Below, piece after piece: positions 8,233 to 15,959 of a stretch of DNA of 20,000 nucleotides. Position 1 is the stretch's first letter, and the number at the start of each line of letters is the position of its first letter. The DNA is from an uncultured virus (IMG/VR IMGVR_UViG_2857886120_000002). Its lineage: Duplodnaviria; Heunggongvirae; Uroviricota; Caudoviricetes. The translations under genes and the position numbers were made by a program. Under the pieces are notes generated by a model, which worked only from the letters and a program-made list of their open reading frames with translations, was not told the DNA's origin and made no database searches. Location of the stretch: IMG/VR virus record IMGVR_UViG_2857886120_000002; one strand, written 5' to 3'.

Positions 8233-10380
8233 CTAAAAATAAAACTCAACAAAATCATTTTTAACGGGCTTTCTAGGCCGACTTGGCGAATTGCTAACGA
8301 TGAGATGTACACCGTTTAAAGTGTTATCTAATTTTAAATATTGATTGTGGCTGATTTTTATACTTTCACGTAAATAAAGCCGGTTCACAGTGAAATTATC
8401 GTCAGGCAGACCGATTATTTTTAACTGTTTTCTAATTTCTTCACGCTGATCGTCTAGCGATGATTTTTTAACCTGCGTACAGTTATTGACAGAACTCCAA
8501 GGCGTGCGTGCCGCACGTTTTTTAAGGTCAAGGTCCTTGCTTGTTTTTTCTTTCTTAACTATTTTCCATTTAATAAGCCTTGTGCAAATAAAGGACGTTA
8601 GCCCCGATAATGGTGAAAATACGCCTTTTATTTTTTTAATTACTTCCTCATATTGATTCAATTCTTCTTCGTAAGATAGCCTAACTTTTAAATCTTTGCG
8701 CAAAACCATTGGACCACCTTGGTGATTAGTATATGCGGCCCAATCACCAATATCAGCGGACGCTAAAACAGGATCGATAATTTTATCTTCCACTTTTTGG
8801 CTTTTTAATCTTCGTAGTTCCCGCCAAACGGTGACAGGTGCGCCGCCTAATTGTTGGAATTGGCGTATTTTCCAACGGCTTGCCCATGCAGTAACAGCTT
8901 TAGATGTTTCTTTTAAGTTTTCGCCAGTTTCATCATCTACTTCATTATCCAACGCATAACCATCAATATTTTTAGAAATATATTTAGCAATGTAGCCAGT
9001 TGCTGAGCCTTTTTCTTTATCGATCATGGTAAATTCAAAGCGGTTTTTTGCGGCCCCTTTTTCTTGTCCGTCTTCATCCATGGCATAGATCCACATTACT
9101 TTAAAAGCTGTTTGCAAATCTTCGGGACGCATAAAAACTAAAATATGCCAATGAGGTGTGCCGTCGTGATGAGGTTCTGCGACGCGGAAGCCAAAAAACT
9201 TAATATCTTCACGATTGAGCTTTGCTCGAATCCTTGACCATACTTTACACAAATAGGCTTGGGTTTCACGTGGATTATTACCTTGCCAGTTTTCGACAAA
9301 TCCACCTTTTGAGTAGGCGCTATGGTATTTTGAAGGGGCCGTTAGTGTAATAAATGCACCGGTATACCCCATTTCATCAGCCAAATCTTCAAAGCCCCTC
9401 ATGCGGGTCATTAGCTCAGCACGACGAATAGCTGGATTGGAAATCGATTTATATACCTGCAAATCAAGTGCTATTTGTTCGCCAGTTTCTTGATTTTCAA
9501 TTGCCATTTGTTCTAAATATTTTTTATTGCGTCGCTTTTGTTCTTTCCATTCTGATTGGCAAGATTGACTGGCATACGGGGTAGCTTTCTTTTGTACTTG
9601 CCCAACTGCAATGGCTAAATGTTCATGTTGAAAATCTCGACGGGTTTTTAACTTGTTATACCACCAATCCTCATTGGTTAATTTTGCCAACGCTCTAACA
9701 ATATTTTCATTGGTTAACTTTCCATTTTTATAATCGGCAAAGTAGGGCGGTACCATATTGATGCCATCAAGTTCATTTAAAACAGATTTATAAAGTTGAT
9801 ACTCAAGCCCAAGCTGATTAACCTCATTGGCAGATAAACAAAACTCATGATCTGCTAATAAGTGTTGTATAAGTTTATCTATATAACGGGCTATTTCTAC
9901 GCTAAGTTCAGCAATTCGCTCTCTGCCAAATATAGGCAAGTTCTCAAACTCAGCAGAAAAGTTAATAGATAGTGCGCTTGGTTTAATAAATTCATATTGT
10001 TTATTAACCAAATCAAGCCTTGATTTAATATTACCGCCAAGTGTTTTACGCAAAAATGTATTGGCGGCTTTTCGGCTTTTTGTTTGAAATAATTTGATGT
10101 ATTCATTTGCAAAATAGCTACTTAAAAAATCTGGCAAACCAGAAAAATAATTAGCTCTAAAATTATGATCTTCGGTATCTACTTGCCATAACTTTATTTC
10201 ACTATATGAAAGCCCTTGTGGCATTTTAGGTGATAATGCATGTGGATTAACTGGCGTTCTGATAACTTCTTTATTTGGTAAAAACTTGCCGACCGTATCG
10301 TAAAAATCACGCATACCAGAAAGCAGGGCGTGTTTAACTCTATCACTTAATATTGGTAGGTTTTGCGTGATTGTGGTCAT
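8233..10380 (-). CDS. A: Rolling-circle replication initiator, P2 gpA family (probable start 10380, MTTITQ)
   Basis: RRAELMTRMRGFE, FITLTAPSKYH, EPHHDGTPHWH (HUH), GYIAKYISKNIDG (two Tyr), IRQFQQLGG, PWSSVNNCT. Confidence 0.96.
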   Translation of the reverse strand: MTTITQNLPILSDRVKHALLSGMRDFYDTVGKFLPNKEVIRTPVNPHALSPKMPQGLSYSEIKLWQVDTEDHNFRANYFSGLPDFLSSYFANEYIKLFQTKSRKAANTFLRKTLGGNIKSRLDLVNKQYEFIKPSALSINFSAEFENLPIFGRERIAELSVEIARYIDKLIQHLLADHEFCLSANEVNQLGLEYQLYKSVLNELDGINMVPPYFADYKNGKLTNENIVRALAKLTNEDWWYNKLKTRRDFQHEHLAIAVGQVQKKATPYASQSCQSEWKEQKRRNKKYLEQMAIENQETGEQIALDLQVYKSISNPAIRRAELMTRMRGFEDLADEMGYTGAFITLTAPSKYHSAYSKGGFVENWQGNNPRETQAYLCKVWSRIRAKLNREDIKFFGFRVAEPHHDGTPHWHILVFMRPEDLQTAFKVMWIYAMDEDGQEKGAAKNRFEFTMIDKEKGSATGYIAKYISKNIDGYALDNEVDDETGENLKETSKAVTAWASRWKIRQFQQLGGAPVTVWRELRRLKSQKVEDKIIDPVLASADIGDWAAYTNHQGGPMVLRKDLKVRLSYEEELNQYEEVIKKIKGVFSPLSGLTSFICTRLIKWKIVKKEKTSKDLDLKKRAARTPWSSVNNCTQVKKSSLDDQREEIRKQLKIIGLPDDNFTVNRLYLRESIKISHNQYLKLDNTLNGVHLIVSNSPSRPRKPVKNDFVEFYF

Positions 10381-10401
10381 GTGATTTTCTCTAATCTTGT
10401 A

Positions 10402-10410
10402 TGTTATACT
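10402..10410 (+). promoter_or_regulatory. Extended -10 promoter for the counter-oriented 90-aa gene
   Basis: TG-T-TATACT 35 nt upstream of ATG. Confidence 0.55.
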
Positions 10411-10445
10411 GTATTTAAAAATACATAACAAAAAAGGTAGCCAAT

Positions 10446-10718
10446 ATGGAAGATAAATACATTAAAGGCGTTGCAATTAGTAAAATTGATAGTGAAATAA
10501 CCAAAATCATTGAACAAGTTGATGCAAGAGGTCTTGGCGGCAACCCAATGGTTATTGGAATACAAAATGAAGATGGTGTTGTATATCGAAAAATCATATC
10601 TTATGGCCTCGGTTCATATTTGGATTTAGTTCAAAGTATTACTCGTTTGGGGCTTATCGATTTATATAAAGATGATTTAACCCCGCATAAATACGATAGT
10701 TTATTTGTGCATCCCTAA
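10446..10718 (+). CDS. Hypothetical 90-aa protein, opposite to the early operon (moron-like)
   Basis: Clean ORF with AAAGGT RBS and own promoter, filling the A-dam gap. Confidence 0.7.
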   Translation: MEDKYIKGVAISKIDSEITKIIEQVDARGLGGNPMVIGIQNEDGVVYRKIISYGLGSYLDLVQSITRLGLIDLYKDDLTPHKYDSLFVHP

Positions 10719-10835
10719 GATAATTTTTCTCAAATGGTCGCTTTCATCTGTGCGGCCATGTTTATGTTCATATTTTGCAATATATTTAAGTTTGTCATTA
10801 GCTTGCGCTTTATTGTTCATCTGTTTGTTTTTCAT
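10701..10835 (-). CDS. Hypothetical 44-aa micro-ORF overlapping the 3' end of the 90-aa gene
   Basis: MKNKQMNNKAQANDKLKYIAKYEHKHGRTDESDHLRKIILGMHK; AAGGA RBS just after dam stop. Confidence 0.5.
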   Translation of the reverse strand: MKNKQMNNKAQANDKLKYIAKYEHKHGRTDESDHLRKIILGMHK

Positions 10836-10853
10836 AGTTTTTCATCCTTATTG

Positions 10854-11675
10854 TTAAATCATATCCGGCGTTAACACGCCAATAATCTCTTTTGCTGGCT
10901 GACGATTGCCATTTGCCGCAACTGAACGAGGTGCGTCGATTTCGTAGATTTCGAAATCACTAAAAATACCCTTTACTATAGTGTTGTTACTGTTTGATAC
11001 GATCGCAGTTGCTCCACGTCTAACGGCATGAACCAGTAAATCACGTAACAATTTTGTAACTGGGTAATTGAACTTATGGGGAGTGTAGCCAGTAAAAATA
11101 TCGTTTTTAGTTCCTGAAATGTACGGCGGATCGCAATAAATAACGTCGCCATCCTCGGCCATTTCGATCGCCGCTCTAAAGTCTGCCGCCATTAATGTAA
11201 CTGGGACGGAGATCAGATTATTGCTAAATGCGATTAGTTCAGTTTTTGGGAAGTAAACCTTTTTATATTTGCCATGCGGCACGTTAAACTCACCTTTTTG
11301 GTTATAACGGCAAACACCGTTAAAGCAATGGCGATTTAAATAGATAAACTCAGCAGCACGCTCTAATGTGAATGGTTGCGTTATATTGCAATTAAAGCGG
11401 CAGCGAATTTCATAAAAATCGATATTACTATCAAATAATGATTGAGTAGTATTTATTAATCCCGCTAAATCATCACGCAACCATCGATAAACATTAATTA
11501 AATCACGGTTTTTATCAGCTAGTATATAGCTACTATAATTTGTATTGATAAACACATTACCCGCCCCAACAAACGGCTCTATTAGCCGCTTGCCGTCTGG
11601 CAAGTGAGGTAATAATTGAGGAATAAGCCGACCTTTACCGCCGACCCATTTTAAAAAAGACTTTTCTACACACAT
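10854..11675 (-). CDS. dam: DNA adenine methyltransferase, Dam family
   Basis: FLKWVGGK, EPFVGAG, YLNRHCFNGVCRYN, DPPY. Confidence 0.93.
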   Translation of the reverse strand: MCVEKSFLKWVGGKGRLIPQLLPHLPDGKRLIEPFVGAGNVFINTNYSSYILADKNRDLINVYRWLRDDLAGLINTTQSLFDSNIDFYEIRCRFNCNITQPFTLERAAEFIYLNRHCFNGVCRYNQKGEFNVPHGKYKKVYFPKTELIAFSNNLISVPVTLMAADFRAAIEMAEDGDVIYCDPPYISGTKNDIFTGYTPHKFNYPVTKLLRDLLVHAVRRGATAIVSNSNNTIVKGIFSDFEIYEIDAPRSVAANGNRQPAKEIIGVLTPDMI

Positions 11676-11716
11676 TTTTTGAGCCTTAAAGATTTGGGGC
11701 TGATTGCCCCGATTGA

Positions 11717-11962
11717 TTATTGATTTAATTCAAATTCAATAACATTTGTACTATTTTCAACGTTTGAATCGTATGAACCATCAACCTCGCAAATAATTAC
11801 TGCATCGTGACATGTGATAGCAAAAGTTGCTCCGGCAGTTAATTCCCGTGATTGTTCTTTAGAAACGCTAATTGCTCGCACTCCGTAAGCCGCAACTAGC
11901 TCGAATGTATGCTCGTCTACAATGATGCTTTTGTGAGCATTATTTTTAAATTTATCAAACAT
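11717..11962 (-). CDS. Hypothetical early protein, 81 aa, possibly ASCH/PUA-like
   Basis: AAGGAG RBS; co-oriented in the early operon. Confidence 0.6.
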   Translation of the reverse strand: MFDKFKNNAHKSIIVDEHTFELVAAYGVRAISVSKEQSRELTAGATFAITCHDAVIICEVDGSYDSNVENSTNVIEFELNQ

Positions 11963-11985
11963 CTGTTTTCTCCTTTATTGATAAT

Positions 11986-12198
11986 TTATTGCCCGTGCTT
12001 ACCTTTTGCTTCTGAAATTTGCTGACAATAAACACACAAACTACAACCTGGCACAGCTTCACGCCGTGCCTCAGGTATCGGCTCGCCACATTCACAGCAA
12101 TAAAGTGATGATTTGCCGGTGTAAACTTTTCTTTTTGCAATCAAGTTATCAAGCTCTAATTGAGCAATATCATTGGCTCGGTCGATAACATCACGCAT
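11986..12198 (-). CDS. TraR/DksA C4 zinc-finger protein (P2 Orf82-like)
   Basis: DVIDRA..CCECGEPIPEARREAVPGCSLCVYCQ. Confidence 0.92.
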   Translation of the reverse strand: MRDVIDRANDIAQLELDNLIAKRKVYTGKSSLYCCECGEPIPEARREAVPGCSLCVYCQQISEAKGKHGQ

Positions 12199-12413
12199 CA
12201 GTTCTGGTTCTCATAATGTTGATTGCGTATTGCTTCGGCTTCTTGCTCTAACAGCTCCGCCGATTCGGTCGGTGTTAAGTAGTTGGTGCGGATATGTGTA
12301 GCTAGTCGTTCCAGCTTTGCCGTAAATACGTCACAAAGTCCGCTTTTTGTTTCTTCTTTTGCCTGATTTAAGGCTTGCAATAATGCATCGCCCGATAATG
12401 CTGTCATTTTCAT
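12198..12413 (-). CDS. DUF2732-like early protein (P2 Orf81-like)
   Basis: LNQAK..KLERLATHI..LTPTESAELLEQEAE pattern and position. Confidence 0.75.
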   Translation of the reverse strand: MKMTALSGDALLQALNQAKEETKSGLCDVFTAKLERLATHIRTNYLTPTESAELLEQEAEAIRNQHYENQN

Positions 12414-12758
12414 TTATGCCACCTTTTTGGTTTCTTTTTTAAAATCTTCTTCTTCACATAATGCGAATGCATCAATAATTGCTTGCAACCGACGTAAACC
12501 CTTTTTCAGGTCGTCGACTTCGTTATCTGTCAGATTGTCATATTGCATTTGCCAAGCATGAGTAAATTGACTATCTGAGTTATAAATTGTTGTTTTACGC
12601 AGTTCGATGCCTGATGCGTTCAGCAGTAAACGTTTTTGCCCTGGCTTTAAATTGTTAAAAGCAGAACGGGCTAAACTGCGCTTATTGCTTAATATTTGGT
12701 GAAACTCACGCAATAGACTGCGTGGTTCAATGGTTTGATTAATTTGTATTGTGTTCAT
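12414..12758 (-). CDS. Early protein at the P2 B / 186 dhr position (probable start 12758)
   Basis: G-rich RBS before MNTIQ; C-terminal YDNLTDNEVDDLKKGLRRL helix; synteny. Confidence 0.6.
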   Translation of the reverse strand: MNTIQINQTIEPRSLLREFHQILSNKRSLARSAFNNLKPGQKRLLLNASGIELRKTTIYNSDSQFTHAWQMQYDNLTDNEVDDLKKGLRRLQAIIDAFALCEEEDFKKETKKVA

Positions 12759-12805
12759 GTAACCCCCCCTGCAATGGCTAGGATTGAGTGCGCCTAGCCT
12801 CGCAC

Positions 12806-12846
12806 TTCTTTTTTTGTTCCCCAACAAAAAAAGAACCTGTTATAAT
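12806..12846 (+). promoter_or_regulatory. 13-bp perfect inverted repeat plus consensus extended -10 promoter
   Basis: TTCTTTTTTTGTT-CCCC-AACAAAAAAAGAA (12806-12835), then TG-T-TATAAT (12838-12846). Confidence 0.65.
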
Positions 12847-12877
12847 CAAATCCCCCAACAAAAAAGAGGAATTAAGT

Positions 12878-13048
12878 ATGGAAAAAGATAATGCTGATAA
12901 ATTTGCAGTTGAATTAACCAAAGCCTTACTTGCTAGCGATCATGTTGCAGTTATTACAAATAATGCAAAATTAAAAGCTGCCAAGGATATCGCTGTATTT
13001 GTTAAGACTCTTTCGGCGGTTCTTCAATCTGGTCCTGAAAATAATTAA
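12878..13048 (+). CDS. Hypothetical 56-aa protein, opposite to the early operon (moron-like; start 12878)
   Basis: GAGGA RBS; MEKDNADKFAVELTKALLASDHVAVITNNAKLKAAKDIAVFVKTLSAVLQSGPENN. Confidence 0.7.
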   Translation: MEKDNADKFAVELTKALLASDHVAVITNNAKLKAAKDIAVFVKTLSAVLQSGPENN

Positions 13049-13166
13049 TAAACCCAATCGCTTCAATTAACCAAGTTGCAATAACAAACGGATGATTTTG
13101 CGAATTCTCCGCATTCTTAAAAATGGCATTTTTTATACGGTCTACATCATAACTTGATAAATTCAT
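13002..13166 (-). CDS. Hypothetical 54-aa micro-ORF overlapping the 3' end of the 56-aa gene
   Basis: AGGGGG RBS; MNLSSYDVDRIKNAIFKNAENSQNHPFVIATWLIEAIGFINYFQDQIEEPPKES. Confidence 0.55.
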   Translation of the reverse strand: MNLSSYDVDRIKNAIFKNAENSQNHPFVIATWLIEAIGFINYFQDQIEEPPKES

Positions 13167-13200
13167 GTTTACTTTTCCCCCTTTTTATCTGTTCACTTGA

Positions 13201-13347
13201 TTAATTCGCAATTAACTTCTTATGCAACTTGATTACTTGCCCGTTTGACTTTTCGATATAGCCTTTCGGATTGTGTCTATTAGTCTGGATATAAATTAAA
13301 GTCGACTTATTAGCCGACTTTGGGCTTAAATAGATTGCGTGGCTCAT
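13201..13347 (-). CDS. Hypothetical 48-aa early protein after cox (fil/orf78 position)
   Basis: MSHAIYLSPKSANKSTLIYIQTNRHNPKGYIEKSNGQVIKLHKKLIAN; GAGGA RBS within cox 3' end. Confidence 0.55.
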   Translation of the reverse strand: MSHAIYLSPKSANKSTLIYIQTNRHNPKGYIEKSNGQVIKLHKKLIAN

Positions 13348-13350
13348 TAC

Positions 13351-13590
13351 TTATTCCTCTTTAATATTTAACTCAGGATTAAAGGCTTTAGCTCCCTCAA
13401 GGGTTAAAGCCACCATATTGATAAAAGTTGTAGAGCGGTCGTACTTGCCTGTGATTTGCTTTTTACGGATAGGAAGCTTGCCTTCACTAATATATTTTTT
13501 TACTGTGCGAGGATTCATGCCTGATACACGGGCAAATTCATCAACAGTGACATAAGGCGCTGAAATAGCTATTGATATTCTTGGCGTCAT
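13351..13590 (-). CDS. cox: Cox/Apl-like excisionase-repressor
   Basis: APYVTVDEFARVSG..EGKLPIR..INMVAL winged-helix pattern; divergent from cI. Confidence 0.88.
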   Translation of the reverse strand: MTPRISIAISAPYVTVDEFARVSGMNPRTVKKYISEGKLPIRKKQITGKYDRSTTFINMVALTLEGAKAFNPELNIKEE

Positions 13591-13709
13591 AGTGCATTAT
13601 TCCTAGTTAGGTGTTTATATGTGTTTTTATGTGATTTTTCTAATCTGAGATTAGATTAATTTAATCTAAAAACGATGTCAATTAATTTTTCTTATTTGAG
13701 ATTAAATTT
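13591..13709. promoter_or_regulatory. Lysis/lysogeny switch region
   Basis: 10-bp-period repeats TAGGTG/TATGTG/TATGTG (13608-13633); palindromes TCTAATCT-G-AGATTAGA and TAGATTAA-T-TTAATCTA (about 13639-13668). Confidence 0.7.
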
Positions 13710-14069
13710 ATGCAGGTTAATTTTGATAGTGGCGGAGCCGTCGTAATAGATCGAATAATTAAGGCCTATGGATTTCGTACAAAGCTACAACTTTGTAAAC
13801 ACTTTGGTACAACATCGGCAAATCTGTCTCTGAGATATAAAAGAGATTTTTTCCCTTCTGATTGGGTTATTCGTTGTATGGCTGAAACAGGAGCTTCATT
13901 AGAATGGTTAGCTAATGGTGAAGGTGAATTTTTACCAACTGAACAACAATCAAAAGAAACAATTCTTTCTGATGATACGTTGGAAAAATTAGAACGACTA
14001 GCTGCGCTCAAAAAAGAAGGTGCAATCACTGAGCAAGAATTTAATGCATTAAAGGCTAAATTGATTTAA
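13710..14069 (+). CDS. cI: 186-type CI repressor HTH with C-terminal SHOCT-like domain
   Basis: GGAVVIDRIIKAYGF..RYKRDFFPSDWVIRC..TGASLEWLANGEG; tail LEKLERLAALKKEGAITEQEFNALKAKLI. Confidence 0.88.
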   Translation: MQVNFDSGGAVVIDRIIKAYGFRTKLQLCKHFGTTSANLSLRYKRDFFPSDWVIRCMAETGASLEWLANGEGEFLPTEQQSKETILSDDTLEKLERLAALKKEGAITEQEFNALKAKLI

Positions 14070-14095
14070 GAAAATTAAAAAATAGGAGAGAAACA

Positions 14096-14512
14096 ATGAA
14101 AAAAGTATTTAGAATAGTTCTATCACTTGCAATCTGCTTGTTATTTTCTTCAATGAGTTATGCTAGCCCAAATGGTGTGGCAAGAGAGTTAGCCCGCCTC
14201 ACTAAGCAACAAATTCAAAAGCAATACGGCCAACAGTTTCCAATAAAGATGAATGACAAAACATCGTTAGCAAATATCACTGCTGATGGGCAATATATTA
14301 TTTATGATTATCTTTATGACGATAACAGTAAAAAGTACACACCAGAGATTCTTGCCTTATATGTGCAAATGACATTCGACCAAAGGTCGTGTAAAAACCA
14401 TGATTTTGTATCATTGTTCCAAGATAACGATCTTCAGTTTGTTTATCGCTATACATTTAATGATAAAAAAAACATGTTCGTATCTTTTCGAATTGATGAG
14501 GTTTGTAATTAA
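14096..14512 (+). CDS. Secreted/periplasmic hypothetical protein
   Basis: Sec signal MKKVFRIVLSLAICLLFSSMSYA; AGGAG RBS; two Cys in the C-terminal part. Confidence 0.75.
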   Translation: MKKVFRIVLSLAICLLFSSMSYASPNGVARELARLTKQQIQKQYGQQFPIKMNDKTSLANITADGQYIIYDYLYDDNSKKYTPEILALYVQMTFDQRSCKNHDFVSLFQDNDLQFVYRYTFNDKKNMFVSFRIDEVCN

Positions 14513-14575
14513 AGAAACTCAATACAGCAGGAGAAAAAGTTTTATCTGATGAAGCATTAACAGGATGGGGAAAGA

Positions 14576-15094
14576 ATGAGCGGTAAATTAATATTTGCAT
14601 ATATCAATGTAAAAAAAGAATTTTCAATTCATGTTGTCCATTATATTCGGCAAGATGAAAAATATATTCAAGGTATATATATAACGAATGGTGACAATGG
14701 GCAGTTTAGAACGTATCGAAAAGATCGAATAATTGCAAAATTTGATAATGAACTAGATGCTAATTTATATGATCTTGCCGACAATCTAGAACATGCCCTT
14801 GATGTTTTAGAAGCAACAATTCCCAGTTCAAAAAGCACATCAGCTTCACTTAATACATTTGACATTCACTTCACCGGCTTTAAACAAGCCGACAAACAAC
14901 GCTTAATCAAACTGGCAGAAGAAAAAGAACTGACTGTACGCAAAAGTGTGACTTTGACCTTGCAATTACTCTGTGTTGGCTATAACGCAAGCATCAAAAA
15001 AATTGAAAAAGCACAAGGAATGGGAATTAGTATCATGAATGAAAGCGACTTCTTAAACTTTTTAGAAACTGGTGAGATATTGTTGGGGGAGTGA
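14576..15094 (+). CDS. Protein with WYL-like N-terminal domain and C-terminal BRCT domain
   Basis: FAY..YIQG..FRTYRKDRI (WYL-type RTFRxDRI); IHFTGF..VRKSVT..LLCVGYNASIKKIEKAQGMGISIMNESDFLNFL (BRCT). Confidence 0.75.
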   Translation: MSGKLIFAYINVKKEFSIHVVHYIRQDEKYIQGIYITNGDNGQFRTYRKDRIIAKFDNELDANLYDLADNLEHALDVLEATIPSSKSTSASLNTFDIHFTGFKQADKQRLIKLAEEKELTVRKSVTLTLQLLCVGYNASIKKIEKAQGMGISIMNESDFLNFLETGEILLGE

Positions 15095-15912
15095 TTGTGG
15101 CCAAAAAAAATAAATCAAAGAAAACAATATCTAATAAAGAACAACATTCAAAGCGATTAGACGATAGTGATATTCAAAACCACAGGATTTTATTAAAAGA
15201 TTTAGGATTATTTATTCTTATTTCAACATCATTGATGTATCTTATTTCTTATGAAGTTGAAATACTTACAGCTATTCATTATGGATTTGATATAGAGTTT
15301 ATTTCTTTATCAACAGCCATCATCATAAGAAATAATTTGTTATATCTATTTACACTAATTTTATGTCTTATTCTAATTATCTTTGATTATTTATATAGTC
15401 CACAAAAAAATGTATTGAGTAAAAAATTTGTGATTAAAGGACGTTTTAAAAAAATATTGTTGATTATTTTGATGATCGTTTTTTTATTTATTGCTTATCT
15501 GATTGATTTACTTATGTTTTGTGGTGAATTTTTTCTGCCAGTAATTTTTGCTCCAATCCTTTTGGTGGTTATTTTTTATTTTTCAAGGATATCTAAATCA
15601 AGTGATTTTATGAATTTATTTTCTAATACAGCATTTTTTGTTCTAGCTTGTACTATTTCAGTCTATTTAATGCTTGAAATTTTTATTTTTACTGACAAAG
15701 ATAAAATTTACCAATCTTTTAATTACAATGAACAACGTTATGTTTTATTAAGGATATATGATAATAATTTAGTTGCAAAAAAAATTGACACAAAGGAGCA
15801 CGATGGCCAAAAGAAAAACTATTTTAATAATGAAATATTGTATTTGCCAACAGCTACATTAGAACAAGGATTAATTTTTAAAAGCATAAAGGTATCAAGC
15901 GGTAGTGAATAA
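15091..15912 (+). CDS. Multi-pass membrane protein of unknown function (GTG start at 15091 or 15097)
   Basis: About 5 hydrophobic stretches plus a soluble C-terminal domain; start abuts or overlaps the upstream stop. Confidence 0.75.
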   Translation: MIVAKKNKSKKTISNKEQHSKRLDDSDIQNHRILLKDLGLFILISTSLMYLISYEVEILTAIHYGFDIEFISLSTAIIIRNNLLYLFTLILCLILIIFDYLYSPQKNVLSKKFVIKGRFKKILLIILMIVFLFIAYLIDLLMFCGEFFLPVIFAPILLVVIFYFSRISKSSDFMNLFSNTAFFVLACTISVYLMLEIFIFTDKDKIYQSFNYNEQRYVLLRIYDNNLVAKKIDTKEHDGQKKNYFNNEILYLPTATLEQGLIFKSIKVSSGSE

Positions 15913-15959
15913 TAAAAATGAGCTCAAAGAATAATTCTGAAAATATCAACAGGTGAAAA

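Noticed and set aside
10409..10426. LexA box upstream of A
   Set aside because: CTGTATTTAAAAATAC lacks the ACAG half-site at the correct spacing
9897..12188. ORFs 9897..10112, 10415..10597, 11955..12140, 12006..12188
   Set aside because: Nested in or antisense to better supported genes
573..12644. Complete avoidance of CCNGG sites
   Set aside because: Sites seen at 573, 3627, 4639, 12047 and 12640; partial depletion would need a proper count
14509..14586. Short open frame (KKLNTAGEKVLSDEALTGWGKNER) as a remnant of a lost gene
   Set aside because: No start codon and too short to distinguish from chance
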